Assembly: GCA_945861955.1 (NCBI GenBank)
Contig: CAMAWJ010000001.1
Span: 1 to 44,362, forward strand
Source: Bifidobacterium breve
GTDB lineage: Bacteria > Actinomycetota > Thermoleophilia > Gaiellales > F1-60-MAGs149
Length of the DNA stretch: 44,362 nt
Reading direction: 5' to 3'
Shown: positions 43,749 through 44,362 of the stretch, one piece after another
Layout of the letters: every line of letters begins with the position of its first letter
How positions within the stretch are numbered: position 1 is the stretch's first letter
Made by a program: the position numbers and the translations under genes
The notes under the pieces: model-generated
Told to the model about the DNA's origin: nothing
Databases searched by the model: none
The model's input: only the letters and a program-made list of their open reading frames with translations

Positions 43749-44362
43749 ATGTTCGAGATCGGCGCCACTCTGCGTACCGCACGCGAACAGCGTGGCGTCA
43801 GCATTGACGACGCCGCTGAGGCCACGAAGATTCGCTCGAGCTATCTCGTCGCGCTCGAGGCAGAGGACTTCGAACGCCTTCCTGGACCGACGTACGCTCG
43901 CGGGTTCTTGCGCTCCTACAGCGAGTTTCTCGAGCTCGACGCACAGCTACTGATTGATGAATTTTCGGAGCGTTTTTCCTCGGCGCCGTGGGAGGTAGAC
44001 GACGCGGTTATGTTTCCGCGTCGCGGCAGCGCCCGCTCCAGTCGACATTCGAGCCGCGGATCCGGCATCGTGATCGTCGCGATCGTCGGCATCTTGGCGA
44101 TCGCTGTGTTGATCGTGATCGCTTCGACGTATCCGTCCACACGTACGACCCCGCTACCAGCAACGGGCGGAACCAACGTCGTTACCGTCACCGAGGCCGC
44201 GGTCAATCCCGTGGCAACCGCCATCACGGCACAGACTGCGCCCGATTCGACCTCGGCCGCCGCGGAGGCGATAGTGTTCGTCAAGCCCTTTGCGCAGGTG
44301 ACTCTGACCGTGCGTGCTCTCGAGTCACCCGAGGGGACCGCGGCGCTGTTTCAGCAGAAGGT
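43749..44362 (+). CDS. RodZ-like cytoskeleton-associated protein (HTH domain + TM helix), 3' end outside the window
   Basis: The frame is open from ATG 43749 to the window edge. It reads IGATLRTAREQRGVSIDDAAEATKIRSSYLVALEAEDFERLPGPTYARGFLRSYSEFL (HTH_25/RodZ type), then the TM helix IVIVAIVGILAIAVLIVIA. TAGACT ends 6 nt upstream of the ATG. It is absent from the ORF track because there is no stop in the window. Confidence 0.8.
   Translation, partial: MFEIGATLRTAREQRGVSIDDAAEATKIRSSYLVALEAEDFERLPGPTYARGFLRSYSEFLELDAQLLIDEFSERFSSAPWEVDDAVMFPRRGSARSSRHSSRGSGIVIVAIVGILAIAVLIVIASTYPSTRTTPLPATGGTNVVTVTEAAVNPVATAITAQTAPDSTSAAAEAIVFVKPFAQVTLTVRALESPEGTAALFQQK

Overview
This is a high-GC, very gene-dense chromosomal segment. 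The gene content looks actinobacterial: a GuaB3-type IMPDH paralogue, the rplM-rpsI-glmM-glmS order, a group II truncated haemoglobin and a principal sigma factor. About 47 protein genes and 3 tRNAs (Pro-UGG, Arg-UCU, His-GUG) are supported, and almost all are core housekeeping. They cover translation (hisS, aspS, lepA, rplM, rpsI, rpsT), nucleotide metabolism (pyrE, pyrF, guaB3, guaA, rph, rdgB), cell envelope (glmM, glmS, murJ, acpS, a LysM protein, a NodB deacetylase, a RodZ-like protein), ion transport (corA, trkAH) and phosphate control (ppk, phoU, one histidine kinase with two response regulators). I see no CRISPR array, IS element, integrase, prophage or recognisable defence system, and no strong case for a wholly novel system. 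Six things deserve a second look. (1) A fusion of an excisionase-type HTH to a B12-binding domain carrying the CarH-like Wx9EH and DxH motifs. (2) A perfect 35-bp inverted repeat with internally palindromic arms right after lepA. (3) A three-gene insert of unknown function, translationally coupled inside the hisS-to-pyrE chain: a degenerate CDF-like membrane protein, a Roadblock/LC7-like protein and a small TM protein. (4) A DEDDy exonuclease with an unassigned N-terminal domain whose start codon overlaps that of a divergent HIT gene. (5) A recurrent TANNNT-N5-7-start-codon pattern that suggests widespread leaderless transcription, including a 19-bp bidirectional case. (6) A ribosomal protein S20 with a long repeat-containing tail. 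All functional calls rest on by-eye motif recognition, and no searches were run.
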